Shown piece after piece: positions 6,969 through 14,757 of a stretch of DNA of 20,000 bases. A program made the position numbers and the translations under genes. This DNA comes from an uncultured virus (IMG/VR IMGVR_UViG_3300022555_000014) (lineage: Duplodnaviria > Heunggongvirae > Uroviricota > Caudoviricetes), in IMG/VR virus record IMGVR_UViG_3300022555_000014. One strand, written 5' to 3'. The notes under the pieces were generated by a model. The model was not told the origin of the DNA and ran no database searches. It was given only the letters and a program-made list of their open reading frames with translations. How positions within the stretch are numbered: position 1 is the first letter of the stretch; each line of letters begins with the position of its first letter.

Positions 6969-7379
6969 ATGTCCGAGTTTCAAATGCCGGTCGGCAACAG
7001 TGAGAAGTGGAGCGATTTACCTTGGATAGTCAAAGGTTACATTCAGGCTGCTTTCTTTACTGAGTGTAACGAAGACCATCCAGAGTTGGCTGATGCAACG
7101 TTCTCAGATATCTCTGAAGAGAGTCTAGCAACAATTCTGGTGGATTGTGCGCTTTTCCAAAATAAGTCAGTAGACTATTTGGAGAAAGCTTGCGAATTGG
7201 CCGGTAAGTCAGAGGAGTCTTTGGGAATGGACTTTTGGTACACGCGGAATGGTCATGGAGTTGGTTTCTGGGAGAAAGGTAGGTGGCCCAAGTACGGTGC
7301 TCGGTTGGACAGGCTTGCCAAAGAGTTTGGTGAGTGTTGCGTTGTTCGCGGTGATGACGGTCAAGTTTATTTTGACTAA
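6969..7379 (+). CDS. Conserved phage hypothetical protein
   Basis: GMDFWYTRNGHGVGFWE matches a recurrent phage motif G(H/M)DFWxTRNGHGxGFW; SD GGAG. Confidence 0.85.
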   Translation: MSEFQMPVGNSEKWSDLPWIVKGYIQAAFFTECNEDHPELADATFSDISEESLATILVDCALFQNKSVDYLEKACELAGKSEESLGMDFWYTRNGHGVGFWEKGRWPKYGARLDRLAKEFGECCVVRGDDGQVYFD

Positions 7380-7398
7380 CTTGTAAGGAGGAAGTAAA

Positions 7399-7551
7399 AT
7401 GAGGCTTTACCAAGAGAGTGTCTATGTTGACTTTAACGAGTTGCTAGGACGTTATTGTGTTATCGGAGTAAGTACGGGACAGTGCTATTTCTATGGTACT
7501 GAGTCTCAATGTCAAATCAAAGCTGAGAAAATCTTTATCGGTTCCGTTTGA
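7399..7551 (+). CDS. Small hypothetical protein (50 aa)
   Basis: SD AAGGAGG; MRLYQESVYVDFNELLGRYCVIGV...; below the ORF-track cutoff. Confidence 0.7.
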   Translation: MRLYQESVYVDFNELLGRYCVIGVSTGQCYFYGTESQCQIKAEKIFIGSV

Positions 7552-7572
7552 GGCTTTGATTAGGAGACTAAC

Positions 7573-7728
7573 ATGAGAACCTGGGTGTTAGGTTTCAAAA
7601 CCGGAGAGTTTACCAGCGACGGTTACCCGTGCATGGGTATCTTGATGGTACGGGCGGGTTCTTTACGCGAAGCCCTACGGAGACTGCGTTTGGACAACGC
7701 CGGAGTTCACGATGTCTACGTGGTCTGA
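7573..7728 (+). CDS. Small hypothetical protein (51 aa)
   Basis: SD AGGAG; MRTWVLGFKTGEFTSDGYPCMG... Confidence 0.7.
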   Translation: MRTWVLGFKTGEFTSDGYPCMGILMVRAGSLREALRRLRLDNAGVHDVYVV

Positions 7729-7737
7729 AATTTACCC

Positions 7738-7767
7738 TTGACACCGACAACCTGATTGTGGTAATCT
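7738..7767 (+). promoter_or_regulatory. sigma70-type promoter
   Basis: TTGACA-18 bp-TAATCT with extended TG. Confidence 0.7.
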
Positions 7768-7805
7768 AAACTCGGAACGAAAAATCCAAACAGGAGAAAA
7801 CCATC

Positions 7806-8042
7806 ATGTCAAACCTTCTGGTCATGAAAGACCTTCCGGGAGTTCATCAACTTGTTCACCGTCTTGACGGCGGGTTGAGGATTCGCCGGGCGTTCATCAC
7901 GGTAGGGCTATACACCAAGCACGCCAAGACCGTTCATAGATATGAGCTAGTCAACTCTGAAAATGTGGTGCTGAGAACTTACCGCACCTTGGCTTTTGCC
8001 CGACAGGACAACGGAGTTGACGTTAGCCGGAAGGCTGCTTAA
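7806..8042 (+). CDS. Hypothetical protein (78 aa)
   Basis: SD AGGAG; own promoter and downstream hairpin. Confidence 0.8.
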   Translation: MSNLLVMKDLPGVHQLVHRLDGGLRIRRAFITVGLYTKHAKTVHRYELVNSENVVLRTYRTLAFARQDNGVDVSRKAA

Positions 8043-8049
8043 TTTAACG

Positions 8050-8083
8050 AGAGGGAAGGTCTAACTATTTAGACCTTCCCTCT
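8050..8083 (+). terminator. Stem-loop
   Basis: AGAGGGAAGGTCTAA/TTAGACCTTCCCTCT 15-bp stem. Confidence 0.65.
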
Positions 8084-8102
8084 GACTTTAAAGGGATTTG
8101 TC

Positions 8103-8309
8103 ATGGCTTATGTAAAATATAAGGACTACTACGGTAGTCATGTCTACACTGTTAACGGAAAGAAGATTAAAACCTTAGCTAGGGTTACTATTACCAATAA
8201 AGGTTTGACTCGTACCTACGAAGTTGATCCCAGTCTTGTTACTGTGGAATTTTTAGAACCGCACAGTCGTTTTAGTCATCCTGTAAGATCAACGGACTTT
8301 TTGTGGTAG
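8103..8309 (+). CDS. Hypothetical protein (68 aa)
   Basis: ORF with SD-like AAGGGA. Confidence 0.65.
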   Translation: MAYVKYKDYYGSHVYTVNGKKIKTLARVTITNKGLTRTYEVDPSLVTVEFLEPHSRFSHPVRSTDFLW

Positions 8310-8457
8310 AGCAAGTTCTAGGCATTGAAATTAAACTTCCTCTGAGCTTTTTCATTCAAAACAAAGCAAAAGTTGCTGTTATGAAAAAAGACGTAACGCT
8401 TGACGACTCCGCTGAATAAGAACAAGCCTACTATGAAACCCTCAGGGAGTTTGAAAT

Positions 8458-8658
8458 ATGGAAATCCTGACAACCCTCTTACCATACTACCTAGGAGTTG
8501 CTACCCTGTGTTGGTTGTGGATCATAGCCGGGGTGTTTGCTAACCCAAGATGTAGCCGATTAAATATTTTAGAGGCTATTACGCTGGGTTGGTTACCAGC
8601 TACTTTTTGGCCGCTGTGGGCTATGTACCAGATTCGTACCTATTACAAATGGTACTAG
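8458..8658 (+). CDS. Small membrane protein
   Basis: SD GGAG; two hydrophobic segments, FWPLW motif. Confidence 0.75.
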   Translation: MEILTTLLPYYLGVATLCWLWIIAGVFANPRCSRLNILEAITLGWLPATFWPLWAMYQIRTYYKWY

Positions 8659-8746
8659 AGGGAGTTTGGCCTATGTTGCTACACGACACGAGCTAACCTG
8701 TTGAAAGTCAACGAGAAAAAATGTTGAAGACCCTTGTCGATTTTTG

Positions 8747-8775
8747 TTGACTTTTGGGAACGACTTCGGTAAACT
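8747..8775 (+). promoter_or_regulatory. sigma70-type promoter
   Basis: TTGACT-17 bp-TAAACT. Confidence 0.75.
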
Positions 8776-8842
8776 TGTTTTCAAGGTGGTCGGGTTGGTC
8801 GGCCACTCTGGAATAGAACCTCGTAATAGGAGTATCGTAATC

Positions 8843-9253
8843 ATGGCCGTTAAGATCAATCGCGAAGCTGTTGTGGAAACCATTCGCAGCCTTATCTCTG
8901 AGTTGCACATTGACCAAGAAGAACTTTTTGGTTCTAATGACTCCTCTGAGGAAGAGGATGCTGTTGAGGCGGCTCCTGTTAAAGCTTCAGTTCAAGAAAA
9001 GACTACTGCGAGTAAGTACTCGGCTAAAGAGATTGCAGCTATTGAAGCTGCGTACCTTGGTAACCATATCAAGATGGCCGATGGCACCCTTGGAACTCTG
9101 AAGACCTTTTACCCTGACCGTGGAGTTGTTTCAGTGGTGACCGGGCCGCACCGCCCCAAGTTGATCCCGATTGACTCTATTGTTAAGAAGGAAGGCGAGG
9201 ACGTGCCGCGTACCTTCAAGAAGGGTGAAGATCGCTACTTTAAGGTGGCGTAA
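8843..9253 (+). CDS. Hypothetical protein (136 aa) with C-terminal SH3/KOW-like domain; paralog of 1052..1477
   Basis: Start reassigned to SD-preceded ATG 8843 (MAVKINRE). Confidence 0.85.
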   Translation: MAVKINREAVVETIRSLISELHIDQEELFGSNDSSEEEDAVEAAPVKASVQEKTTASKYSAKEIAAIEAAYLGNHIKMADGTLGTLKTFYPDRGVVSVVTGPHRPKLIPIDSIVKKEGEDVPRTFKKGEDRYFKVA

Positions 9254-9265
9254 ACTCTTCAAGGA

Positions 9266-9307
9266 AAAAGTGAGTGTCATATTTAATTAAATATGACACT
9301 CACTTTT
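9266..9307. terminator. Perfect 42-bp palindrome, probable bidirectional terminator
   Basis: AAAAGTGAGTGTCATATTTAA|TTAAATATGACACTCACTTTT. Confidence 0.75.
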
Positions 9308-9508
9308 CTAAAAAGTAAGTTTGGCACTAATAACCAATTTTTGCCAAACTCTCTAATCAACCAACTTTTACTACTGAAGGGTAAGTAATATGCCTCTAAA
9401 CGGTGTATACAAAAATTTTCCCCCGTGGCTTAATTCCCGATACTAATTTTCTTTTGCAAGACAGAGTAAACCGGTGAAAAGAAAAATTCGAAAACAGTAA
9501 AATTTTTC

Positions 9509-9537
9509 TTGACTTCCCGGTTTTAACCTGTTATCAT
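9509..9537 (+). promoter_or_regulatory. sigma70-type promoter
   Basis: TTGACT-17 bp-TATCAT, extended TG, A/T-rich upstream region. Confidence 0.8.
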
Positions 9538-9606
9538 CTTTTTAGTTTTGGTGGTCTCACCAAAATAACTGGTTAATACCCTACCCTCTCTAGGAGATTA
9601 AAACAA

Positions 9607-10458
9607 ATGGCTAAGAAGAGCAAGGAAATTGAAGTCGTTGAAGTTGACGAAGATGAAGACGATGACAACACCAGTGAATCTGGTGAAGGCTTTGCTACCG
9701 AGGCTGACGTTGTTGCTGACTCTGAAGACGGTCTAGACGCTAAGTTGATCGTCATTAACATTCTCAATGAATGTGAAGACTCAGTAGCCATGAACTTGGC
9801 GTCGTTTCTAGCTTCTATCTTCGGTGATGACGACGGAGAGTCAGGCGAAGATGAAGATGAAGATGAAGATGACGACGACTCTGATGACGAAGATTCAGAC
9901 GACGAAGAGGATGAGGACGACGACTCTTCTGATGACTCGGACGACGAAGACGAAGACGACGATTCGGATGATGAAGAGTCAGACGACGAAGATTCTGATG
10001 ATGACTCGGACGACGAAGACGACGACTCTGATGATGAAGAGTCAGACGATGATGACGATGACGAGCCTGTAAAGCCTGCTGCTAAGAAGGGTGCTGCTAA
10101 GGCTCCTCCGGCTAAGGCACCAGCCAAGGCTGCCAAGGCAGAACCGGCCAAGCCCGCTAAGGCGGCTAAGGCAGAACCGGCTCCAAAGGGTCTTTCTGTT
10201 GAAGAGAAGGCAGAGAAGCTCACTAAGCTTAACATCGAATTTAAGACTGCTAAGAAGCAGTCGGTTCAGGAAGCGAACATTACTAATCGCTTTGCTGAAT
10301 GGGAAACCTTCGCTAAGAAGCATGAAGGTAAGTCTTTTGAACAGGTTCAAAAGCTGCTCACTAAGGCAGGAGTAGAGCCCTCTTACGGTCGTGGTCGTAA
10401 GTCTGACGACACTAAGAAGGAAATCGCCTTGGCAGCACTGTTTAACCAGCAAGCGTAA
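9607..10458 (+). CDS. Protein with long Asp/Glu tract, Lys/Ala/Pro linker and C-terminal helical GRGRK domain
   Basis: SD AGGAG; composition read from the translation; C-domain shared with 11215 and 14758. Confidence 0.9.
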   Translation: MAKKSKEIEVVEVDEDEDDDNTSESGEGFATEADVVADSEDGLDAKLIVINILNECEDSVAMNLASFLASIFGDDDGESGEDEDEDEDDDDSDDEDSDDEEDEDDDSSDDSDDEDEDDDSDDEESDDEDSDDDSDDEDDDSDDEESDDDDDDEPVKPAAKKGAAKAPPAKAPAKAAKAEPAKPAKAAKAEPAPKGLSVEEKAEKLTKLNIEFKTAKKQSVQEANITNRFAEWETFAKKHEGKSFEQVQKLLTKAGVEPSYGRGRKSDDTKKEIALAALFNQQA

Positions 10459-10472
10459 TTGAATTAACCTAA

Positions 10473-10512
10473 TTGGGATAAGGGGTAAAACAACAAAAAC
10501 CCCTTATCCCAA
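10473..10512. terminator. Stem-loop between genes
   Basis: TTGGGATAAGGGGT/ACCCCTTATCCCAA stem; no U-tract. Confidence 0.55.
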
Positions 10513-10537
10513 CCTTAACCAAGAAGGATATACTACT

Positions 10538-11038
10538 ATGGCAAAGCCCGTTTCTTCTAAGAAGACCCTCGCTGCAGGCGCCAACTCTGTACCGTACACC
10601 GTTGCAGTACGTGTTCCTCAGAGCCTGAAGACCCTTCAGGGTGTCGTTGAGAGCATCAATTCGCTCTTCACTGTTGTTCGCGCGCCGCGTCCGCATTCAA
10701 CAGCCTACCAGCTGGTTAACATTCCTACCTCTACCGTTCGTCGTATTGACGGTGAGATTGGTAAGTCCTGCAAGGTGTTCTTTATCGCTACTGAGACCCA
10801 ACGTCCGATCACGGGTACAATCGACCATCAGGTCGAAGGCACCAATCTCGTTAAGATCGTTGGTGAGGACAAGGAAGGCAACGCCGTAACAACCTTCGTT
10901 GCCGCTGACTACGCAGAGTTCGTTGCTGCTAACGTCGAGGCTCCCGATGAGAGCACTGGCTTCAAGCGTAAGGGTAAGGTTAAGGCTGAAGTTGAAGAGA
11001 AGCCGGTAGCCGCCGCTAAGAAGCCTTCCAAGAAGTAA
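10538..11038 (+). CDS. Hypothetical protein (166 aa)
   Basis: SD AAGGA; codon usage like neighbouring genes; Lys-rich termini. Confidence 0.85.
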   Translation: MAKPVSSKKTLAAGANSVPYTVAVRVPQSLKTLQGVVESINSLFTVVRAPRPHSTAYQLVNIPTSTVRRIDGEIGKSCKVFFIATETQRPITGTIDHQVEGTNLVKIVGEDKEGNAVTTFVAADYAEFVAANVEAPDESTGFKRKGKVKAEVEEKPVAAAKKPSKK

Positions 11039-11051
11039 AACCTAGTTCTGA

Positions 11052-11095
11052 AAACTAAAGGTCTTAGAGGGGAAACTCTCTAAGACCTTTAGTTT
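11052..11095 (+). terminator. Rho-independent terminator
   Basis: AAACTAAAGGTCTTAGAG/CTCTAAGACCTTTAGTTT. Confidence 0.75.
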
Positions 11096-11123
11096 ATCCC
11101 GAAACTCTTTAGGAGTTGGTGCT

Positions 11124-11204
11124 ATGACGCCGATTGAAAGTCGTATATCGTTTAGGGCAACGACGGAGCGACTCCAGAAAGAGTTGGTAGCTTTAACCAA
11201 ATAG
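11124..11204 (+). CDS. 26-aa peptide MTPIESRISFRATTERLQKELVALTK
   Basis: SD AGGAG; stop codon overlaps the SD of the next gene. Confidence 0.5.
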   Translation: MTPIESRISFRATTERLQKELVALTK

Positions 11205-11214
11205 GAGAAACTCA

Positions 11215-11676
11215 ATGGCAACTAAGTCACCGTTCTCAATAGACGAGCTTGAGAATTTAGTAAAGCTTCAATACAACGAGATTCAACGACTTCAGGCTAT
11301 CGTTGATCAGCATACAGGTCAAGTTCGACATACTGCACCTACTAAACAGCTAGTGCATGTTAAAGCCAAGGTTCCAAAAGAAGAGCCTGTTGAGTTCGAA
11401 GAGTCTGACGACGTTAGCGACAAAAAATCTTGGTTGGAAAAAATAGGTTGGCCTATACCAAAAGCTAAGGTAGGTGAGGGTAGGGACAAAGTAATATGTG
11501 ACGCTTATGACCTATACCTAGATTTCGAATCTGATCACGATAACTTCACTGTAGATCAACTTGTAGAAAAAGCTAAAAAGTTGGGGGATTTTTCTTTTGG
11601 GCGCGGTCGTAAGCTGGAAGACTACAAGCGTGGTTTGGTGACTGCTTTCATCTATCGTAACGAAGAGACGACTTGA
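11215..11676 (+). CDS. N-terminal coiled coil plus C-terminal GRGRK helical domain
   Basis: FTVDQLVEKAKKLGDFSFGRGRKLEDYKRGLV aligns with KSFEQVQKLLTKAGVEPSYGRGRKSDDTKKEIA of 9607. Confidence 0.85.
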   Translation: MATKSPFSIDELENLVKLQYNEIQRLQAIVDQHTGQVRHTAPTKQLVHVKAKVPKEEPVEFEESDDVSDKKSWLEKIGWPIPKAKVGEGRDKVICDAYDLYLDFESDHDNFTVDQLVEKAKKLGDFSFGRGRKLEDYKRGLVTAFIYRNEETT

Positions 11677-11680
11677 CGCC

Positions 11681-11710
11681 AAAACCGGTTGGAAATTCCC
11701 AACCGGTTTT
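11681..11710. terminator. Bidirectional terminator followed by a relic of the repeat core
   Basis: AAAACCGGTTGG/CCAACCGGTTTT, then TTCGACCAACTCTCAC. Confidence 0.75.
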
Positions 11711-11780
11711 CGTCGTTTCGACCAACTCTCACTATCAACGACTCGAAGAAAACCGTTGATTTTCCTGAGAGATTTTCCAC

Positions 11781-11810
11781 TTGACATCAGATAATCGGTT
11801 GTGATATAAT
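11781..11810 (+). promoter_or_regulatory. Consensus sigma70 promoter
   Basis: TTGACA-18 bp-TATAAT with extended TG. Confidence 0.85.
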
Positions 11811-11841
11811 GCTGGTAACGATCCCAGACAGGAGATGTATC

Positions 11842-12129
11842 ATGTCCGAGTTAGAAGATTACGTTATTGAAGAAGAAAAACTACTTAACTCACTAGCAGT
11901 TTCTATTGAGTCTCTATTCTCTTCCGAGTGTTCTAGTTTTAAATTAAGCAGGAGAGGTTTAGTCAGTAAGTTCGTTGTCTTTGGCGATTATGCCGACTTG
12001 ATGGGAAAGCTCCAAATTTTACTGGAGGGTAGGGGTATTTATCTAGTCTTAGAAAATTCAGGGAAGGAGGTGTTCGTGTTCGGTAGGTCTTGTATCAGCC
12101 AGGCACCCCTTCTGGGATTTTCTCTCTAG
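11842..12129 (+). CDS. Hypothetical protein (95 aa)
   Basis: Start reassigned to SD-preceded ATG 11842. Confidence 0.75.
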   Translation: MSELEDYVIEEEKLLNSLAVSIESLFSSECSSFKLSRRGLVSKFVVFGDYADLMGKLQILLEGRGIYLVLENSGKEVFVFGRSCISQAPLLGFSL

Positions 12130-12144
12130 AGTAGGAGTTTTGCA

Positions 12145-12315
12145 ATGGCTAAAGAGTTGGAATGTGTACATAAAGCCATAAAAGACTTATATGAATCTGG
12201 TTTTGTTGACGATGTAGTCATGCGGCGGTTGGACGTGCTGTGTAAGGTTAAAGAAGAGGACAAACTCAAACCTCAGAAACCAATAGGAGGCGGAAATGAC
12301 CATAGTTACGTGTAA
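12145..12315 (+). CDS. 56-aa protein resembling the N-terminal segment of COG2944/HigA-type antitoxins, without HTH
   Basis: SD AGGAG; LECVHKAIKDLYESGFVDDVVMRRLDVLC versus family pattern LEAVHETAxDLHxxGFIDKxTMRxFDALC. Confidence 0.65.
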   Translation: MAKELECVHKAIKDLYESGFVDDVVMRRLDVLCKVKEEDKLKPQKPIGGGNDHSYV

Positions 12316-12574
12316 TCATGTTGATTTACACGGTGAGGTGTCTGTTGTGTCTTTAGAGTTGCCTACCTGCAAAGAGGCTTTCTGGAGGTCCTATGTTAGA
12401 AAGTGTCAACAGTTGATGTCAGGTCCGTCAGAGCAATATTGGGTATTGTCAGACGGTAAAGTAGCTGGGTACGGTAAAGGTCTACCTAGAGGTCAAGTCG
12501 TAATGGACAGGTTCACCTTTGAGTACGCGATAGGTTTGGTTAGTGGTTCTAGCGGAGGAGAACAGCACGCTTAG
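12296..12574 (+). CDS. Hypothetical protein (92 aa)
   Basis: SD AGGAGG. Confidence 0.7.
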   Translation: MTIVTCNHVDLHGEVSVVSLELPTCKEAFWRSYVRKCQQLMSGPSEQYWVLSDGKVAGYGKGLPRGQVVMDRFTFEYAIGLVSGSSGGEQHA

Positions 12575-12626
12575 CTCTAATGTAGAATATGGGTAGTCAA
12601 CAGACAACTAATAAGGAGTTCCCGTT

Positions 12627-13181
12627 ATGGACGTGTACAAAAACTTCTCTGAAATCCCGCAATTGACCAAAGGAGCACCTTATAAGGTAAACATGGCTTG
12701 GGATTATATAGAGGACTGGTTACGCCTTGAAAACGAGACAGCTAAAGGGTACTCCATTGACTTGGATCCAAGTTTCCAGAGAGTTCATGTTTGGGACGAC
12801 GTGCGAAGGGTACGCTATGTTGAGTACATCTTACGTGGCGGTTTAAGTGGCAAGGATTTGTACTTCAACCACCCTAATTGGATGAGTTCTTTCAAAGGTA
12901 CCTTAGTTCTTGTTGACGGTAAGCAAAGGCTAGAGGCTGTAAGAAAATTCATGAATAACGAAATACCAGCTTTTGGAACACTACTAAAGGACTACTCTGG
13001 TAGATTGCCTATGATGAAATGTGATTTCATAGTCAACGTTAACAATCTGAAAACCACAGCGGAGGTGTTACAGTGGTATATTGATTTGAACGCTGGTGGG
13101 GTTGCTCACACTGATGGAGAGATAGAGAAGGTGAGAGTCATGTTGAAAAAGGAAACTTTGAAATCCAAGAGGAAGGAGTAA
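12627..13181 (+). CDS. DUF262 (ParB/Srx-like fold) domain protein
   Basis: LDPSFQRVHVWD and LVDGKQRL motifs; C-terminal YIDLNAGG. Confidence 0.85.
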   Translation: MDVYKNFSEIPQLTKGAPYKVNMAWDYIEDWLRLENETAKGYSIDLDPSFQRVHVWDDVRRVRYVEYILRGGLSGKDLYFNHPNWMSSFKGTLVLVDGKQRLEAVRKFMNNEIPAFGTLLKDYSGRLPMMKCDFIVNVNNLKTTAEVLQWYIDLNAGGVAHTDGEIEKVRVMLKKETLKSKRKE

Positions 13182-13184
13182 CCA

Positions 13185-13496
13185 ATGTCAGTAGTAATTA
13201 CCCATCCAAAAGACGGTGTTTATCTCGGTCAGACTCTTGGCTTGGGGTTCTGGACTCTCATGGACTCCGTTGGTCAGCCTAGTGCCTGTGTATTTAAAAG
13301 TGTCAAGCAGGCTACTAAACATGTTGAGAGTTGGGAGGAGCACCATCCTGTCAGAGACTATGTTTTTGTGACTGTTAAGACTGCTGATGATCGCTACGCT
13401 ACTATCCAAGAGTTGAAAGACGCGGGTTTGGAGCATTTGCTCGGTGACATGGAGCAGCAAGCTTTAGAGTTTGCCGACGTGTCAGGAAACGCTTAA
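13185..13496 (+). CDS. Hypothetical protein (103 aa)
   Basis: SD AAGGAG; operon context. Confidence 0.8.
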   Translation: MSVVITHPKDGVYLGQTLGLGFWTLMDSVGQPSACVFKSVKQATKHVESWEEHHPVRDYVFVTVKTADDRYATIQELKDAGLEHLLGDMEQQALEFADVSGNA

Positions 13497-13516
13497 CATA
13501 GAAGGAGTAAACAGTC

Positions 13517-13717
13517 ATGATGCCTACCGGAGACAACAGTATTTTGGGTATCGTCCTGACCTACCTTTTCGTCGCTAGTTTGGTAGTAGCAGTAGTACTC
13601 AGAGTAGCTTTGGGAATCCTATCTTGGATATTTAGCCTTGATATTAGGTTTAGTATCTTCAAGATTTGGGCTTTCATTGTGCTTTGGTTTATGTTAGTAG
13701 GAAAGGCGTTTGTGTAA
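13517..13717 (+). CDS. Small membrane protein
   Basis: SD AAGGAG; strongly hydrophobic. Confidence 0.75.
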   Translation: MMPTGDNSILGIVLTYLFVASLVVAVVLRVALGILSWIFSLDIRFSIFKIWAFIVLWFMLVGKAFV

Positions 13718-13720
13718 TAC

Positions 13721-13876
13721 ATGGTTAAAAAGATCAAGATAGAGTTGCCACCGAGTAAACGTCCTAGGGACACCCACGCGGTGGCAACTAAGTTGAGGAA
13801 AGCGGGTCCTCACAAGAAAAAACGCGACAAGAAATCAACTACAGAGTTGGAAACAGGAGGCGACAATGAACCGTAA
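13721..13876 (+). CDS. Small basic protein (51 aa)
   Basis: MVKKIKIELPPSKRPRDTHAVATKLRKAGPHKKKRDKK...; fills the gap in the operon. Confidence 0.65.
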   Translation: MVKKIKIELPPSKRPRDTHAVATKLRKAGPHKKKRDKKSTTELETGGDNEP

Positions 13877-14219
13877 GTCAATGTCTAGTCGTCAATTCAT
13901 CAACTTAACGTACAGAAACAGTTTAAGTCAAAAAACCAACTCAGATATGCTATTTGAGGTTATGCGCGTCTACAATCTAGTAGAACAGAGTAATAATACC
14001 TACATTCACGATTTATTCAAAGTCGGCAGTTTGTTGAAAGCCTTTCATTCTACCGCCTTCCGAGATTGTCTGATTATTGAGTCTTGCTTTAAAACTACTA
14101 GTAAGCTTGGAAGATATAGATCACATTATCGTTGGGCTACTTGGGGAATGTCAACCGATGAGTTGGTAGATTTTGGGCTAACCTTTGAGAAACATAACCT
14201 AGCAACAAAAGGAGAATAA
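13866..14219 (+). CDS. Hypothetical protein (117 aa)
   Basis: SD AGGAGG. Confidence 0.75.
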   Translation: MNRKSMSSRQFINLTYRNSLSQKTNSDMLFEVMRVYNLVEQSNNTYIHDLFKVGSLLKAFHSTAFRDCLIIESCFKTTSKLGRYRSHYRWATWGMSTDELVDFGLTFEKHNLATKGE

Positions 14220-14221
14220 TC

Positions 14222-14557
14222 ATGTTGATATCTGAAAAAGAGACTAACTCTATTAAGTGCTGTGGTCCTGAAGGGTGTGGAGATTTAACCGACTCTTTGA
14301 ATAGACGTTGTGTTGGTTCAAATTGTATGGCTTGGTCATGGTTTGATCCGGTTACTATTGAAATGCATTGTTCTAGCCGTGGAAAATTCACCAAGGAAGA
14401 GATGACATCTTTTGGCCCAGCCTCTAATTGGCCCAGTGCTATGTTGAGCGGTAGTTGGAGATTAGTAGAAACTGGTAATCGTCGTCGTGGTTTTTGTAAC
14501 TATGCGGGTGTCCCTCTCGGACACATTGAACCGTTTTCTTTACCTAAAAACTACTAA
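14222..14557 (+). CDS. Cys-rich, probably metal-binding phage protein
   Basis: CCGPEGCG...CVGSNCMAWSW...RGFCNYAG pattern. Confidence 0.8.
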   Translation: MLISEKETNSIKCCGPEGCGDLTDSLNRRCVGSNCMAWSWFDPVTIEMHCSSRGKFTKEEMTSFGPASNWPSAMLSGSWRLVETGNRRRGFCNYAGVPLGHIEPFSLPKNY

Positions 14558-14567
14558 AGGAGTTTAA

Positions 14568-14729
14568 CGTATTCCCAGTGAATCTGGGAAGTACCGAAGG
14601 ACATCGGAAACGCTTTAGCCTAAGAGAGGGTCTAGATTCCCTTGAAAGTCTAAGGCTGCCTGTTATCTTGGAGTTGCTACCCAAGAGCACACAGGAAGAA
14701 ACCTCCAGGGTTTAGCCGGAGGTATGTCA
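14568..14729 (+). mobile_element. Non-autonomous IS200/IS605-derived element / orphan omegaRNA-like structured RNA
   Basis: Five successive stem-loops; ends GAAACCTCCAGGGTTTAGCCGGAGGTATGTCA, resembling TnpB right-end hairpins ending in TCA; preceded by TTTAA. Confidence 0.6.
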
Positions 14730-14757
14730 TTGACCCTTGACCTACCAGGAGTTTGTC

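Noticed and set aside
7731..7746. Target of the putative omegaRNA guide (ACCCTTGAC shared with 14733-14741)
   Set aside because: Only 9 contiguous matches and no TTTAA motif next to it; compatible with chance
9266..9307. Protelomerase (tel) site
   Set aside because: No protelomerase gene in the window; position right after a stop codon with flanking A/T runs fits a terminator
9573..10452. Long minus-strand and alternative-frame ORFs (poly-Ser etc.)
   Set aside because: Shadows of the low-complexity acidic gene; the same applies to the other minus-strand ORFs in the track
12627..13181. DUF262 protein as the ParB partner of the parS site
   Set aside because: It has only the ParB/Srx-like domain and no recognisable HTH for parS recognition
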